Source of the DNA: a virus
Taxonomy: Duplodnaviria; Caudoviricetes
IMG/VR virus record: IMGVR_UViG_3300025600_000010
Coordinates: 1-45,783 of that record
Length of the DNA: 45,783 nt
Reading direction: 5' to 3' (one strand)
Below are positions 1-8,877 of this stretch, one piece after another. Below the pieces are notes generated by a model, which searched no databases, was not told where the DNA came from, and saw only the letters and a program-made list of their open reading frames with translations. The first letter of the stretch is position 1; every line of letters begins with the position of its first letter. A program made the position numbers and the translations under genes.

Positions 1-127
1 AGCCTTTCACAGCTTGCCGAAACAGAATTGAAAGATTGTATTTTAAAGGTTAAAGACGGTCGCGCCGTATATGGTGAAATGTCAAAACGTGTAATGAAAT
101 ATGTTGAACAATTGTTTTTCATGCCAA
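1..127. repeat. Terminal direct repeat, left copy (circular assembly overlap)
   Basis: 1-127 is identical to 45657-45783, and an ORF reads straight across the join. Confidence 0.97.
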
Positions 128-447
128 ACAAGCATGTTTACTTAATTTGCAAAGAATCGCAAATGGAAGAAATTGTTTGGGATTTTTCCGGCCCTATGCC
201 AAAACAAATCACTTACAAAAAGCGCGTTCCGTTCTTCCCAGGCTTAGACCTTTTCACAAAGGTTCCGCATTTGTACGATGAAATACTTTATATCAACAAG
301 GGCATCATCCCAGGGGCAGACGGTAAAGAATACAAATATCTTAGAACAACCGGTGATAGTTCAATACTTGCACGCGACAGAAGCGGAAGGCTTGGCGAAT
401 ATGAACCGCATGATTTGAGCGCGTTGTTTGCAAAAGCAATGAGCTAA
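1..447 (+). CDS. AAA ATPase, 3' part
   Basis: In-frame continuation of the 45387 ORF; ends ARDRSGRLGEYEPHDL, typical of this family. Confidence 0.85.
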   Translation, partial: SLSQLAETELKDCILKVKDGRAVYGEMSKRVMKYVEQLFFMPNKHVYLICKESQMEEIVWDFSGPMPKQITYKKRVPFFPGLDLFTKVPHLYDEILYINKGIIPGADGKEYKYLRTTGDSSILARDRSGRLGEYEPHDLSALFAKAMS

Positions 448-449
448 TC

Positions 450-743
450 ATGATTGTTGAAATAAATGTAATTTCAGTAAAAGCAAATAGTTTTGTTTTA
501 GATGTTATCAAAGCAATGAAAGGAGAATACAGCTTTTGTCAACGTGAAAAGGATATTTTTGAAGTAACAAAGATTGAAAAAGGAGCAAACGACAATGTTA
601 AAACTAAAGTATGTCTTTACCCCTCTTGCAACAGAACGAAAGGTTGTACTTGGAAGCAACGAATTTCAAGTTTACATTTTCGGCATTCGGGTTTTTTACA
701 CAAAAACAAACTAGCAACATTAAACAACAAAGGAGTTAAAACA
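450..743 (+). CDS. Small hypothetical protein reading in frame into the DUF669-type gene (no stop of its own)
   Basis: ATG 2 nt after the ATPase stop; frame stays open to 1418. Confidence 0.45.
595..714 (+). CDS. 39-aa hypothetical protein (MLKLKYVF...YTKTN), nested in another frame
   Basis: Strong AAGGAG SD about 10 nt before ATG 595; TAG at 712-714; not in the ORF track. Confidence 0.55.
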   Translation: MLKLKYVFTPLATERKVVLGSNEFQVYIFGIRVFYTKTN

Positions 744-1418
744 ATGGCTGTTCTGAATTTTGACGCAACAAAGATTGACCCTTCGCAGGTTTCCGCAATG
801 CTTCCCGTTTCCGATGGCAACGGCCATGCTGTTGTTATCGTTTCTTCCGAGTTCAAACCGGTCAAAGACGATTCGCAACCGGATGGAATGAGCAAGCAGT
901 ACGGATATCTTCAGCTTGACCTTGAAGTAATTGACGGCCCCAACAAAGGCGAACGCGGCCCGTACCGCCTGAACCTTTACAACAAAGAGCCGAAAGCGGT
1001 TGAAATCGCACAGCGCCAGCTTTCCGCAATCTGTCACGTTGTCAACGTCTTCAAGGTCGGTGATTCGGCAATGCTTCACAACATTCCGTTTCGTGTTATT
1101 ATCGCGCTTCAGAAAGGCGAAAACCCCGAGAAATACACGGAAGTCAAAGGGGTTAAGGATATCAACGGTTGTGACCCTGGCAAGAGCAAAGGCGGCGCAG
1201 CACAGCAGCAACAGCCCGTTCAGCAGCAACAGAACACAGCGCAGGGGTTCCAGGGCAATCAGCAGCAACAGCCGGTTAACAACGGCGGCAATTGGAGCAG
1301 CAACGCAACCCAGGAACAGCAACAGCCCGTTCAGCAGCAACAGGCAAACACGGCTTGGCAACCCGATGCAAACGGCGGCGGTGCTGCGGCAAACGGTCCG
1401 GCCCCCTGGCAGAAGTAG
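744..1418 (+). CDS. DUF669-type ssDNA-binding-like protein with Q/N-rich tail
   Basis: AAGGAG SD then MAVLNFDA; RLNLYN...AVEIAQRQLSAICH motif; follows the AAA ATPase; low-complexity C-terminus. Confidence 0.8.
   Translation: MAVLNFDATKIDPSQVSAMLPVSDGNGHAVVIVSSEFKPVKDDSQPDGMSKQYGYLQLDLEVIDGPNKGERGPYRLNLYNKEPKAVEIAQRQLSAICHVVNVFKVGDSAMLHNIPFRVIIALQKGENPEKYTEVKGVKDINGCDPGKSKGGAAQQQQPVQQQQNTAQGFQGNQQQQPVNNGGNWSSNATQEQQQPVQQQQANTAWQPDANGGGAAANGPAPWQK
1206..1343 (+). repeat. 27-bp direct repeat (1206-1232 and 1317-1343) encoding QQQPVQQQQ
   Basis: cagcaacagcccgttcagcagcaacag occurs twice. Confidence 0.9.
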
Positions 1419-1440
1419 AAACAATTCGGTTGATTCAGGG

Positions 1441-1468
1441 AAGGGGCTTTATTGCCCCTTTCTTTTTC
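1441..1468 (+). terminator. Intrinsic terminator
   Basis: aaggggc-tttatt-gcccctt followed by tctttttc. Confidence 0.75.
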
Positions 1469-1485
1469 TGAAAGGAATTCGTGCA

Positions 1486-2499
1486 ATGAGTGTTGATTTA
1501 TTTGACGTTGGTGTTGCCAAAGGCATTGCAAGACGATTGAGAGAAGAAATTGACACATTTTGTGCCGATAAATATGACGATGGACAACGTTCACATTTGG
1601 GTGCTTCCTTGATCGGTCATGAATGCAAACGCTATTTGTGGTTTACATTTCGTTGGGTTTATCATCATAAGTTTTCAGGAAGACAACAACGGTTGTTCAA
1701 TCGCGGTCACAGGGAAGAAGCACGTTTTCTTGAATGGCTGCGCGGCATAGGCTGTGAAGTGTGGGAATTTGAAAGGGTGTTGTGGTATCACCCTGAAAGC
1801 GATTCTTATTTTATAGATCGCTTTGACATGCAAGAAACACGCAAAGATATTGATTCGCAAATGTGCCGGGACGTTAGCGAAGAACCGGGGCATATTGAAG
1901 CCGCAACAAAGCGCGGTGTTGAATTCATAAAAGGCAAAGCACAGTTCAGAATTTCCGGCGTAATGGGGCATTTTGGCGGCTCACTTGACGGAATAATGTT
2001 GCTTCCTTTGCGGTATGATGTTGACGGTAAAGTTTTAGCTGAATTCAAAACTAGCGGCGATAAACCGTTTGCAAAACTTATTAAAGAAGGAATGAAGATT
2101 GACAAAGAAACGCACTTTTGTCAAACGTCAATATATGGTTACAAGTACGGTTTGAAACATGTCGCATATCTTTCTATCAATAAAAACAACGATGAATTGC
2201 ACATTGAATTAGTTGAGCTTGATTGGGAATTGGGCAAACGTCTTGAAGAAAAAGCAGAAGAAGTTATAACTTCAGATAATGCACCGGTTAGAATGTCAAA
2301 CAGTTCAGCTTTTTTCAAGTGTAAATTTTGCGATTACATAGACATTTGCTTTAATAAAAAACCCCTTGACGTTAATTGCAGAAGTTGCGTTTATGCTAAA
2401 GCTGTTGAAAACGCAGAATGGTTTTGCAGACGGCACAACGATATTATTCCAAAAGACTTTATCTTTAAAGCTTGCGAAAGCTGGAAGGGAATTTATTAA
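1486..2499 (+). CDS. Cas4-like / PD-(D/E)XK exonuclease with Cys cluster
   Basis: True start probably MSVDLF (AAGGA SD); RSHLGAS..C, GSLDG, AEFKT, Q..IY, CKFCDY..C motifs. Confidence 0.85.
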   Translation: MSVDLFDVGVAKGIARRLREEIDTFCADKYDDGQRSHLGASLIGHECKRYLWFTFRWVYHHKFSGRQQRLFNRGHREEARFLEWLRGIGCEVWEFERVLWYHPESDSYFIDRFDMQETRKDIDSQMCRDVSEEPGHIEAATKRGVEFIKGKAQFRISGVMGHFGGSLDGIMLLPLRYDVDGKVLAEFKTSGDKPFAKLIKEGMKIDKETHFCQTSIYGYKYGLKHVAYLSINKNNDELHIELVELDWELGKRLEEKAEEVITSDNAPVRMSNSSAFFKCKFCDYIDICFNKKPLDVNCRSCVYAKAVENAEWFCRRHNDIIPKDFIFKACESWKGIY

Positions 2500-4254
2500 A
2501 TGGCATTGATTCCGCGCTATTATCAAAATGACGCTGTGAATTCAATCTTTGATTACTTCGCAGTCAATGACGGAAATCCTGTGCTTGCTTTGCCCACAGG
2601 AACAGGTAAGGCGTTTGTGATCGCCCTTTTCATCATGCGCGTTTTGCAAATGTGGCCCAGGCAACGCTTTATGATTTTAACGCATGTTAAGGAACTTGTG
2701 ACGCAGGATGCAGACGAATTGCGTTTGCTTTGGCCTAACGCGCCAATTGGTATTTATTCAGCAGGATTGAATCAGAAAGACATTGCACAGCCAATTATAT
2801 TTGGCGGCGTTGCTTCCGTCTGTAACGTTGTTGAAGCGTTCGGGCATAGGGATTTAATCATAGTTGACGAATGCCATTTGTTAAGCCCGAAAGATGATTC
2901 AATGTATCAGAATACAATAGCACGCCTGAAGGTAATAAATCCGCAACTGAAAGTAATCGGTCTATCTGCAACACCTTACCGATTGGGTCAAGGTATGATT
3001 ACAGATGAAGGCTTGTTTACTGATATTTGTTATGATATAACACATCTTGAAGCTTTTAACCGTTTGGTGTATGAAGGTTACATTTCGCCCCTTGTTCCAA
3101 AACGAACTAAGGTTGAAATAGATGTTTCAAGTGTTGGAATTAACAACGGTGATTATAAGAAAGGGGAACTGCAAGATGTTTCCGATAAAATAACTTTCGC
3201 AGCTTGTGAGGAAATGGTTGAATTTGGACACAATCGCAAATCCTGGCTTGTCTTCGCTTCGGGTGTTGACCATTGCGAACACGTTGCAGAAATATTGCAA
3301 AGCATGGGAATTAGCTGTGCCTCAATTCATTCAAAATTAAAACCAGATGAACGCGACAGAAGAATTAAAGCGCACAAAAACTTTGAGATACAAGCGTTAA
3401 TTAATAATAATGTCTTGACAACTGGATACAATCACAAGCCGATTGACTTTATTGGTATGCTTCGCGCAACCCTTTCCCCTGGCCTTTGGGTTCAGATGTT
3501 GGGAAGGGGAACGCGGCCCAGTCCCGAAACCGGGAAAGAGAATTGCCTTGTGTTGGATTTTGCCGGGAACACACGCAGACTAGGCCCAATCAATGACCCT
3601 GTGAAGCCCAGGAAGCCCGGCAAAGGCGGCGGTGATGCACCGGTAAGGATTTGTGATTGCTGCGGCGTTTACAACCATGCTTCAGCGCGATACTGCGGCG
3701 GCGGCTCAAATCCTGAAGACGCTAGAAGCATGGGCGGTTGCGGTTATGAATTCACCTTTGAAAGCAAGATTGTTTCCTTTGCTTCAACGGAAGACTTGAT
3801 TAAAAGTGACGCGCCTGTTGTTGAATATTTCAACGTTGACCGTGTTATATATCACAGGCATGAAAAGCTAGGTTCAAAGCCAACAATCAAAGTTTCTTAT
3901 CATTGCGGCTTGCGTGCATTCAATGAATTTGTTTGTTTAGAACACGGCGGTTTTGCCGGTAAACATGCAAGGGATTGGTGGCGGCAACGCTTTGAAACAG
4001 ATTTGATTTGTGACTGTTCAAAATGGGATTTAGAAAACGGCTTGTGTGGTTTGTATAAAGCAACGCCGCCGTCTAAAGTGACAGTTGCACCTTTTGCAAA
4101 TTGCCCAGGTTACGAATCAGACGCAAGCAAAAAAGAACCGCCAGAACATACCGACACGGCTTTAAGACTGATTAGCGGTTTGCGTGTTCCAAAAAGAATT
4201 AGAGTTTGGGCAAATAAAATTCCATATCCAGGGGTTCTGAGCTATGAGTATTGA
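2500..4254 (+). CDS. Superfamily 2 DExH helicase (RadD/YejH-like) with Zn-finger
   Basis: PTGTGKA, DECH, SATP, QMLGRGTR, LDFAGN motifs. Confidence 0.92.
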   Translation: MALIPRYYQNDAVNSIFDYFAVNDGNPVLALPTGTGKAFVIALFIMRVLQMWPRQRFMILTHVKELVTQDADELRLLWPNAPIGIYSAGLNQKDIAQPIIFGGVASVCNVVEAFGHRDLIIVDECHLLSPKDDSMYQNTIARLKVINPQLKVIGLSATPYRLGQGMITDEGLFTDICYDITHLEAFNRLVYEGYISPLVPKRTKVEIDVSSVGINNGDYKKGELQDVSDKITFAACEEMVEFGHNRKSWLVFASGVDHCEHVAEILQSMGISCASIHSKLKPDERDRRIKAHKNFEIQALINNNVLTTGYNHKPIDFIGMLRATLSPGLWVQMLGRGTRPSPETGKENCLVLDFAGNTRRLGPINDPVKPRKPGKGGGDAPVRICDCCGVYNHASARYCGGGSNPEDARSMGGCGYEFTFESKIVSFASTEDLIKSDAPVVEYFNVDRVIYHRHEKLGSKPTIKVSYHCGLRAFNEFVCLEHGGFAGKHARDWWRQRFETDLICDCSKWDLENGLCGLYKATPPSKVTVAPFANCPGYESDASKKEPPEHTDTALRLISGLRVPKRIRVWANKIPYPGVLSYEY

Positions 4255-4489
4255 CGCAGTTAAAACTATTCAAAAAGCGATAGGTTTTTTGAATTCAATT
4301 TGCGAAGAACTTGACATGATTGTGCCTTTGATTTCAAGTTCAAGGCTTGATTTTACACAACAAGACAGTTGTATTTATTGCACTAATTTTGATGAAGAAA
4401 ACGAACTTTGCAGATTAGCAAATCAACGCCCCCCTGCAAGGGTAGTTGTTCAGGGTTGCCCCAAATTTGATCTTGAAATACCTTTTTAA
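4244..4489 (+). CDS. Small 4-Cys protein with C-terminal DLEIPF
   Basis: Overlaps the helicase stop; CxxC...C...C. Confidence 0.75.
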   Translation: MSIDAVKTIQKAIGFLNSICEELDMIVPLISSSRLDFTQQDSCIYCTNFDEENELCRLANQRPPARVVVQGCPKFDLEIPF

Positions 4490-4501
4490 AAGGGGTTTAC
4501 A

Positions 4502-5512
4502 ATGGCAAGAGCGCCAAAGAAAGTTAAATCTTCAAACGCTTCAAGCTTAATAACTGCGTTGCAATTCATTTCTATTGCGCAGAAAGATAAAGGTTCATTT
4601 TTTCAAACTCATTGCCGAATTGCAAACAATCAAATTGTTGCGTATGACGGCAATCTTTCAGCCGGTCACTATGTTGAAGACGAGTTGACAGCTTGCCCAC
4701 AAACTAAGGTATTAAAAGACGCGCTGCTAAAGTGCGGCCAATCGCTTTCAATTACTCAACTTGGCAACGAACGGCTTGCAATCAAGTCAGACAAGTTCAG
4801 TGTGTTCGTTCCCTGCGCTGTTGAAGAAATGCCGCTTGTTATTCCAGATTCACCGGTTGCACCAATTGACGACAGATTGAAAACCGGCTTTGAAGTTGTC
4901 GGTTTGCTTGCAAAGGAAGGTGCTGAAAGAGTAGTTTTAGCAAGCGTTCTTTTAAATGCGAATTCGATGCTTGGAACTAACGGCCACATTGTTGTTGAGT
5001 TTTGGCATGGTATCAACTTGCCGCCAAATTTGGTTTTACCTAAAAGTTTTGTTACTGCAATCTTGAAGACAGACAAGCCGCTTGCGCAACTAGGTTTTTC
5101 GTTCAACAGCGAAACAGGTCAATATAACAGCTTAACTTTTTATTTCAATGATAACAGTTGGATAAAAACACAGCTTTACAACGATCAATGGCCCGACACA
5201 GCAAGCATGTTAAACGTTGACAGTAACGCAATGGTTTTGCCAGAAAGCTTTTTTGAAGCTGTTAAAACTTTGGCTTCCCTTGCTTCAGACAATCGCTTTC
5301 ATCTGTTTCAAAATCTGCTAAGAACGTCCTTTGACGAAACAACCGGGGCAAGTTATGAGGTTGAAGGCTTACCCCCAGGAAAGATATTTAGCGCAGAATA
5401 CCTGAAGTTACTTTGCAGTTTCGTTACCTGTATTGATTTTACAACATACAACGATAAAGCCTTATTTTTTGGGGAAAACATACGCGGTGCAATTATGGCT
5501 TGCAGACGCTAA
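4502..5512 (+). CDS. DNA polymerase III beta-clamp-like processivity factor
   Basis: 336 aa; three repeats of clamp-like segments (IVAYDG, MLGTNG, WPD); lies between helicase and polymerase. Confidence 0.65.
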   Translation: MARAPKKVKSSNASSLITALQFISIAQKDKGSFFQTHCRIANNQIVAYDGNLSAGHYVEDELTACPQTKVLKDALLKCGQSLSITQLGNERLAIKSDKFSVFVPCAVEEMPLVIPDSPVAPIDDRLKTGFEVVGLLAKEGAERVVLASVLLNANSMLGTNGHIVVEFWHGINLPPNLVLPKSFVTAILKTDKPLAQLGFSFNSETGQYNSLTFYFNDNSWIKTQLYNDQWPDTASMLNVDSNAMVLPESFFEAVKTLASLASDNRFHLFQNLLRTSFDETTGASYEVEGLPPGKIFSAEYLKLLCSFVTCIDFTTYNDKALFFGENIRGAIMACRR

Positions 5513-5530
5513 TTAAAAAGGGGAAAACTA

Positions 5531-5764
5531 ATGTTTGAAATTATTAAAATTGACGATGCTGTTGCAATTATTGTCACCTGTTGCAATGATTGCCCGTTTG
5601 TTCAGAAGACACATTGCGGCAAACAGGCGGCTTGCGGTGAACCTAAAACCCAGGCTTTGCGCCCTTACACCGACAACCCAGGCGCACCGGAACAAAGCCG
5701 CAAAGTTGACGGTGAAACAATGCCGGTTTGGTGTCCTTTGCTAAAATCAATTGTTGAAAAATAA
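5531..5764 (+). CDS. Small Cys-rich hypothetical protein
   Basis: AAGGGG SD; CxxCPF...P.WCPL. Confidence 0.7.
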   Translation: MFEIIKIDDAVAIIVTCCNDCPFVQKTHCGKQAACGEPKTQALRPYTDNPGAPEQSRKVDGETMPVWCPLLKSIVEK

Positions 5765-5767
5765 AGC

Positions 5768-5815
5768 TTGACGTTGCGTTGAAACTGAAGTAATGTTGTT
5801 TCAACGCAACGTCAA
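5768..5815 (+). promoter_or_regulatory. Sigma70-type promoter inside an 18-bp perfect inverted repeat
   Basis: TTGACG-17-TAATGT; arms 5768-5785 and 5798-5815. Confidence 0.75.
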
Positions 5816-5825
5816 AGGGGGCTTT

Positions 5826-6044
5826 ATGAATATCGTTAAAGAGGCACTTTCGCAATATGACGCAACTTTGAACGAAAACAATTACATTTGCAAAGGTGTT
5901 AAAACGCTTTCAGTTAGAGCTATAATTAAAGGCAAAAGATTAATTTTCGAATCACCTGAAAGACGCATTGCAAGCGGCCCCATTTCAGAAAAGTTTGTTT
6001 GCAGCTTTGTTGAAAAGTTCTATCTTTGGAAAAAGAGGGTTTAA
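5826..6044 (+). CDS. Hypothetical protein, 72 aa
   Basis: AAGGGGG SD before ATG 5826; abuts the polymerase start. Confidence 0.7.
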   Translation: MNIVKEALSQYDATLNENNYICKGVKTLSVRAIIKGKRLIFESPERRIASGPISEKFVCSFVEKFYLWKKRV

Positions 6045-8054
6045 ATGTTTTTCAATGACGATGATTTGGGAACAAAGCGCACAGTGTCCAAAAAGGTAAA
6101 GCCAATATTTGAAAAAATATTGGCTGTTCCTATGGAACGAATTAACCGAAACTTTGAGCTAATGCAAGATGAAGAATTGCGGCTTGCAATCGGTTCGGTT
6201 ATGGTTTTTGACGTTGAATGTTATTGGAACTATTTTTGCGTTTCCTTCAAGCATGTTGAAAGCAAAAAGATTGTTTGCTTTGAGTTGTCACCCGATAAGA
6301 CGCTTGACATAAATAAATTAAATTGGATGCTACAATGCTTCATTCTTGTGGGCTTCAACAGCAAAGTTTACGATATACCGATTTGTTGGCTTGCTGTTTG
6401 TGGTGCGCCGTGTCATATCCTGAAGGAAGCAACAACGAATATAATTGAATATGATTGGCGTTATAATGACATTGAACGTCATTACAAAGTTAAAATTCCA
6501 AACTTTAACCATATAGATTTAATTCAGGTTGCGCCCCTTGAAGCGTCTTTAAAGATTTATTCGGGAAGGCTTCATTGTAAACGTATGCAAGATTTACCTT
6601 ATCCACCTGAACACCGTTTAGCGCGGGAAGAAGCGTTGATTGTTTTGTATTACAACGTCAACGATCTTGACAACACAGAATTGTTATATCTTGAACTTTT
6701 GCAATATATTGAACTGCGCGAACAAATGGGAATTGATTACAAGCTTGATTTGCGTAGCCATTCAGACGCACAGATAGCAGAAGCGGTAATGAAAAGCGAA
6801 CTTGAAAAGGTTTTAGGCAAAGCACCGAAACGCCCTAAAATTGAATCTGGAACAACTTTTAAATATGAAATGCCAACATTCATCAAATACAAAACGCCAA
6901 TGTTGCAAACTGTTTACAATGTTGTTAAAGACGCTGTTTTTAAGATTGGTGATTTTGAAGTTGAAGATTCAAGCAAAGTCAAGATGCCTAAAGAATTTGC
7001 AAAGCTTAAAATTAAAATTGGCGGTACTTTCTATAAAATGCAAATTGGCGGTTTACATAGCCGGGAAAAGAAGATTGCACATTATGCTGATGAAAACACA
7101 TATCTAATTGACAGGGACGTTGCAAGTTATTACCCCAGGATAATATTGAACCTGCAACTATTTCCTAAACACATTGGCCCCCAATTCTTAACGGTTTATA
7201 ACGACATTGTAACAAGGCGTTTATATTATAAATCAATCAAAGACAGACGCGAAAAAAGTCTTAAAATTACTATCAACGGCGGTTTTGGTAAATTCGGTAA
7301 TAAGTGGAGTTGCTTGTTTTCGCCACATTTAATGATTGGTGTAACAATTACCGGTCAACTTTGCTTGTTAATGCTAATTGAATCAATTGAGCTTGCGGGA
7401 ATTCCGGTTGTATCTGGCAATACAGACGGCATTGTTATTAAATGTCCCAAACATCGTTATGACGATCTAAACAAAATAATTGCAGAATGGGAAGCGTTGA
7501 CATGTTTTGTTACTGAAGAAACGCGTTATAGAGCGTTATACAGCCGGGACGTAAACAATTACTGTGCGGTTAAGCTTAAATTTGACAAAGAAACAAACAC
7601 TTGGCTTGATGAAATTGACAGCGTTAAAGCAAAAGGTACATATAGTGAACGCGGTTCAGCACTTGACAGCGTACTTTCAAAGAATCCTGAAACGCTCATT
7701 TGTTCAGACGCAATTAAAAAGCTTATGCAATTTGGAACACCAATTGAAGAAACAATAATGAACTGCAAAGACATTAGGCGCTTTGTTACGGTACGCAACG
7801 CGAAAGGCGGCGCACACAAAGACAGTGTTTATCTTGGCAAAGCGTTACGATGGTATTACGCAATTGGAACAACTGGAACAATAAACTATATAAAGAACGG
7901 CAACACAGTTGCAAAAAGTGAAGGTGCTAAACCTTGCATGGATTTGCCCGATGAATTCCCACATGATATAAACTATGATTGGTATTTAAATGAAACAAAG
8001 GACATGCTTTTTGATTTAGGATATTACAAGCCGCAAACTAACTTTCTTTTCTAA
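6045..8054 (+). CDS. Family B DNA polymerase with 3'-5' exonuclease domain
   Basis: Exo motifs FDVE, GFNSKVYD, YNVND; pol motifs DVASYYP, KITINGGFGKFG, NTDG. Confidence 0.93.
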   Translation: MFFNDDDLGTKRTVSKKVKPIFEKILAVPMERINRNFELMQDEELRLAIGSVMVFDVECYWNYFCVSFKHVESKKIVCFELSPDKTLDINKLNWMLQCFILVGFNSKVYDIPICWLAVCGAPCHILKEATTNIIEYDWRYNDIERHYKVKIPNFNHIDLIQVAPLEASLKIYSGRLHCKRMQDLPYPPEHRLAREEALIVLYYNVNDLDNTELLYLELLQYIELREQMGIDYKLDLRSHSDAQIAEAVMKSELEKVLGKAPKRPKIESGTTFKYEMPTFIKYKTPMLQTVYNVVKDAVFKIGDFEVEDSSKVKMPKEFAKLKIKIGGTFYKMQIGGLHSREKKIAHYADENTYLIDRDVASYYPRIILNLQLFPKHIGPQFLTVYNDIVTRRLYYKSIKDRREKSLKITINGGFGKFGNKWSCLFSPHLMIGVTITGQLCLLMLIESIELAGIPVVSGNTDGIVIKCPKHRYDDLNKIIAEWEALTCFVTEETRYRALYSRDVNNYCAVKLKFDKETNTWLDEIDSVKAKGTYSERGSALDSVLSKNPETLICSDAIKKLMQFGTPIEETIMNCKDIRRFVTVRNAKGGAHKDSVYLGKALRWYYAIGTTGTINYIKNGNTVAKSEGAKPCMDLPDEFPHDINYDWYLNETKDMLFDLGYYKPQTNFLF

Positions 8055-8057
8055 ACG

Positions 8058-8097
8058 AAAAAGCCGCCAACCAATTAAGGTTAGCGGCTTTTGTTTT
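8058..8097. terminator. Bidirectional intrinsic terminator between convergent modules
   Basis: aaaaagccgc-caacc..ggtta-gcggcttttgtttt. Confidence 0.85.
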
Positions 8098-8338
8098 ACT
8101 TTCCTTTGCAGCTTTCGGCGGCTTCAAGCAGTTTTGCGGTTGCTTGATCGGATAACCCCCAACCCTTGAAGTTAGGCGAATTCGGCAAGTCTCCTTGCTG
8201 TATCCGTATCGCTTTCGATTCCTGAAGGATTACCGGTTGCGGTTTCGGTTTGAACGGATTGCACGCAGTCAATGCGAATACTGACAGCACCAGCATTGCC
8301 CGTTGCAATGTCTGCGCGGCCCTGGTTGATTTCGGCAT
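8096..8338 (-). CDS. Outer-membrane spanin-like lipoprotein (Rz1-like); exact start uncertain
   Basis: Lipobox ALTAC after a hydrophobic stretch; Pro-rich; overlaps the upstream gene in another frame. Confidence 0.7.
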   Translation of the reverse strand: MPKSTRAAQTLQRAMLVLSVFALTACNPFKPKPQPVILQESKAIRIQQGDLPNSPNFKGWGLSDQATAKLLEAAESCKGK

Positions 8339-8438
8339 TTCTTGCCCCTTCTGCGCGGTTCGGTGCGCCGTCTTGCCATGTCTTTACAATCACACTGACA
8401 AGCGAGATAAAAGCGAGTAAGAGCGGCCCCCATATCAT
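8172..8438 (-). CDS. Inner-membrane spanin-like protein (Rz-like)
   Basis: Single N-terminal TM segment; overlapped by the lipoprotein gene. Confidence 0.6.
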   Translation of the reverse strand: MIWGPLLLAFISLVSVIVKTWQDGAPNRAEGARNAEINQGRADIATGNAGAVSIRIDCVQSVQTETATGNPSGIESDTDTARRLAEFA

Positions 8439-8855
8439 TTACTTAACGCCGGTTGCTGCGCCAAGGTTGCCCGTTGTGCCGTCTTCAGGTGTTAGCGCAG
8501 GGGCTTGTATTGCTTTCTGTGCGGAAAGGGTTGCAAGCACCGTTTTTTCAATCGTTGCCGCCAACGCTTCAGCATCCGAAATAATCACGGCGGTTGTCTG
8601 CTTTGCAATTATGTCAGCGGCAATTTTGGCAACTTCAGCGGCAATGTCAAGCTTTGTTGCTGTTGGAACTTTTGCCGGAATGAAATAGCAAATCACGGCA
8701 ACAGCAACAGCGGCAAGCGCAACCGGCCATGTTACAGCCCCGGTTTGAACGTACTGTGTCAGCAAGGTTGCGATTGCGGTTAGAACACCGAAAGCGGTTG
8801 ACTTCCAATCTTTGGGCAAATCAGCGACAGTTGGAACAGTTACGGTTGTAGCCAT
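8439..8855 (-). CDS. Membrane protein with 2 TM segments, holin-like
   Basis: AAGGAG SD; KDWKST then two hydrophobic helices; in the lysis region. Confidence 0.65.
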   Translation of the reverse strand: MATTVTVPTVADLPKDWKSTAFGVLTAIATLLTQYVQTGAVTWPVALAAVAVAVICYFIPAKVPTATKLDIAAEVAKIAADIIAKQTTAVIISDAEALAATIEKTVLATLSAQKAIQAPALTPEDGTTGNLGAATGVK

Positions 8856-8877
8856 TTGTTTAATCTCCTTTTGTGGT

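Noticed and set aside
1000-1485. N-terminal extension of the exonuclease ORF
   Set aside because: It overlaps the SSB-like gene and crosses a terminator; the SD supports a start at 1486
1486-2499. CRISPR-associated Cas4
   Set aside because: Solo Cas4-like nucleases are routine in phage replication modules, and there is no cas1 or array
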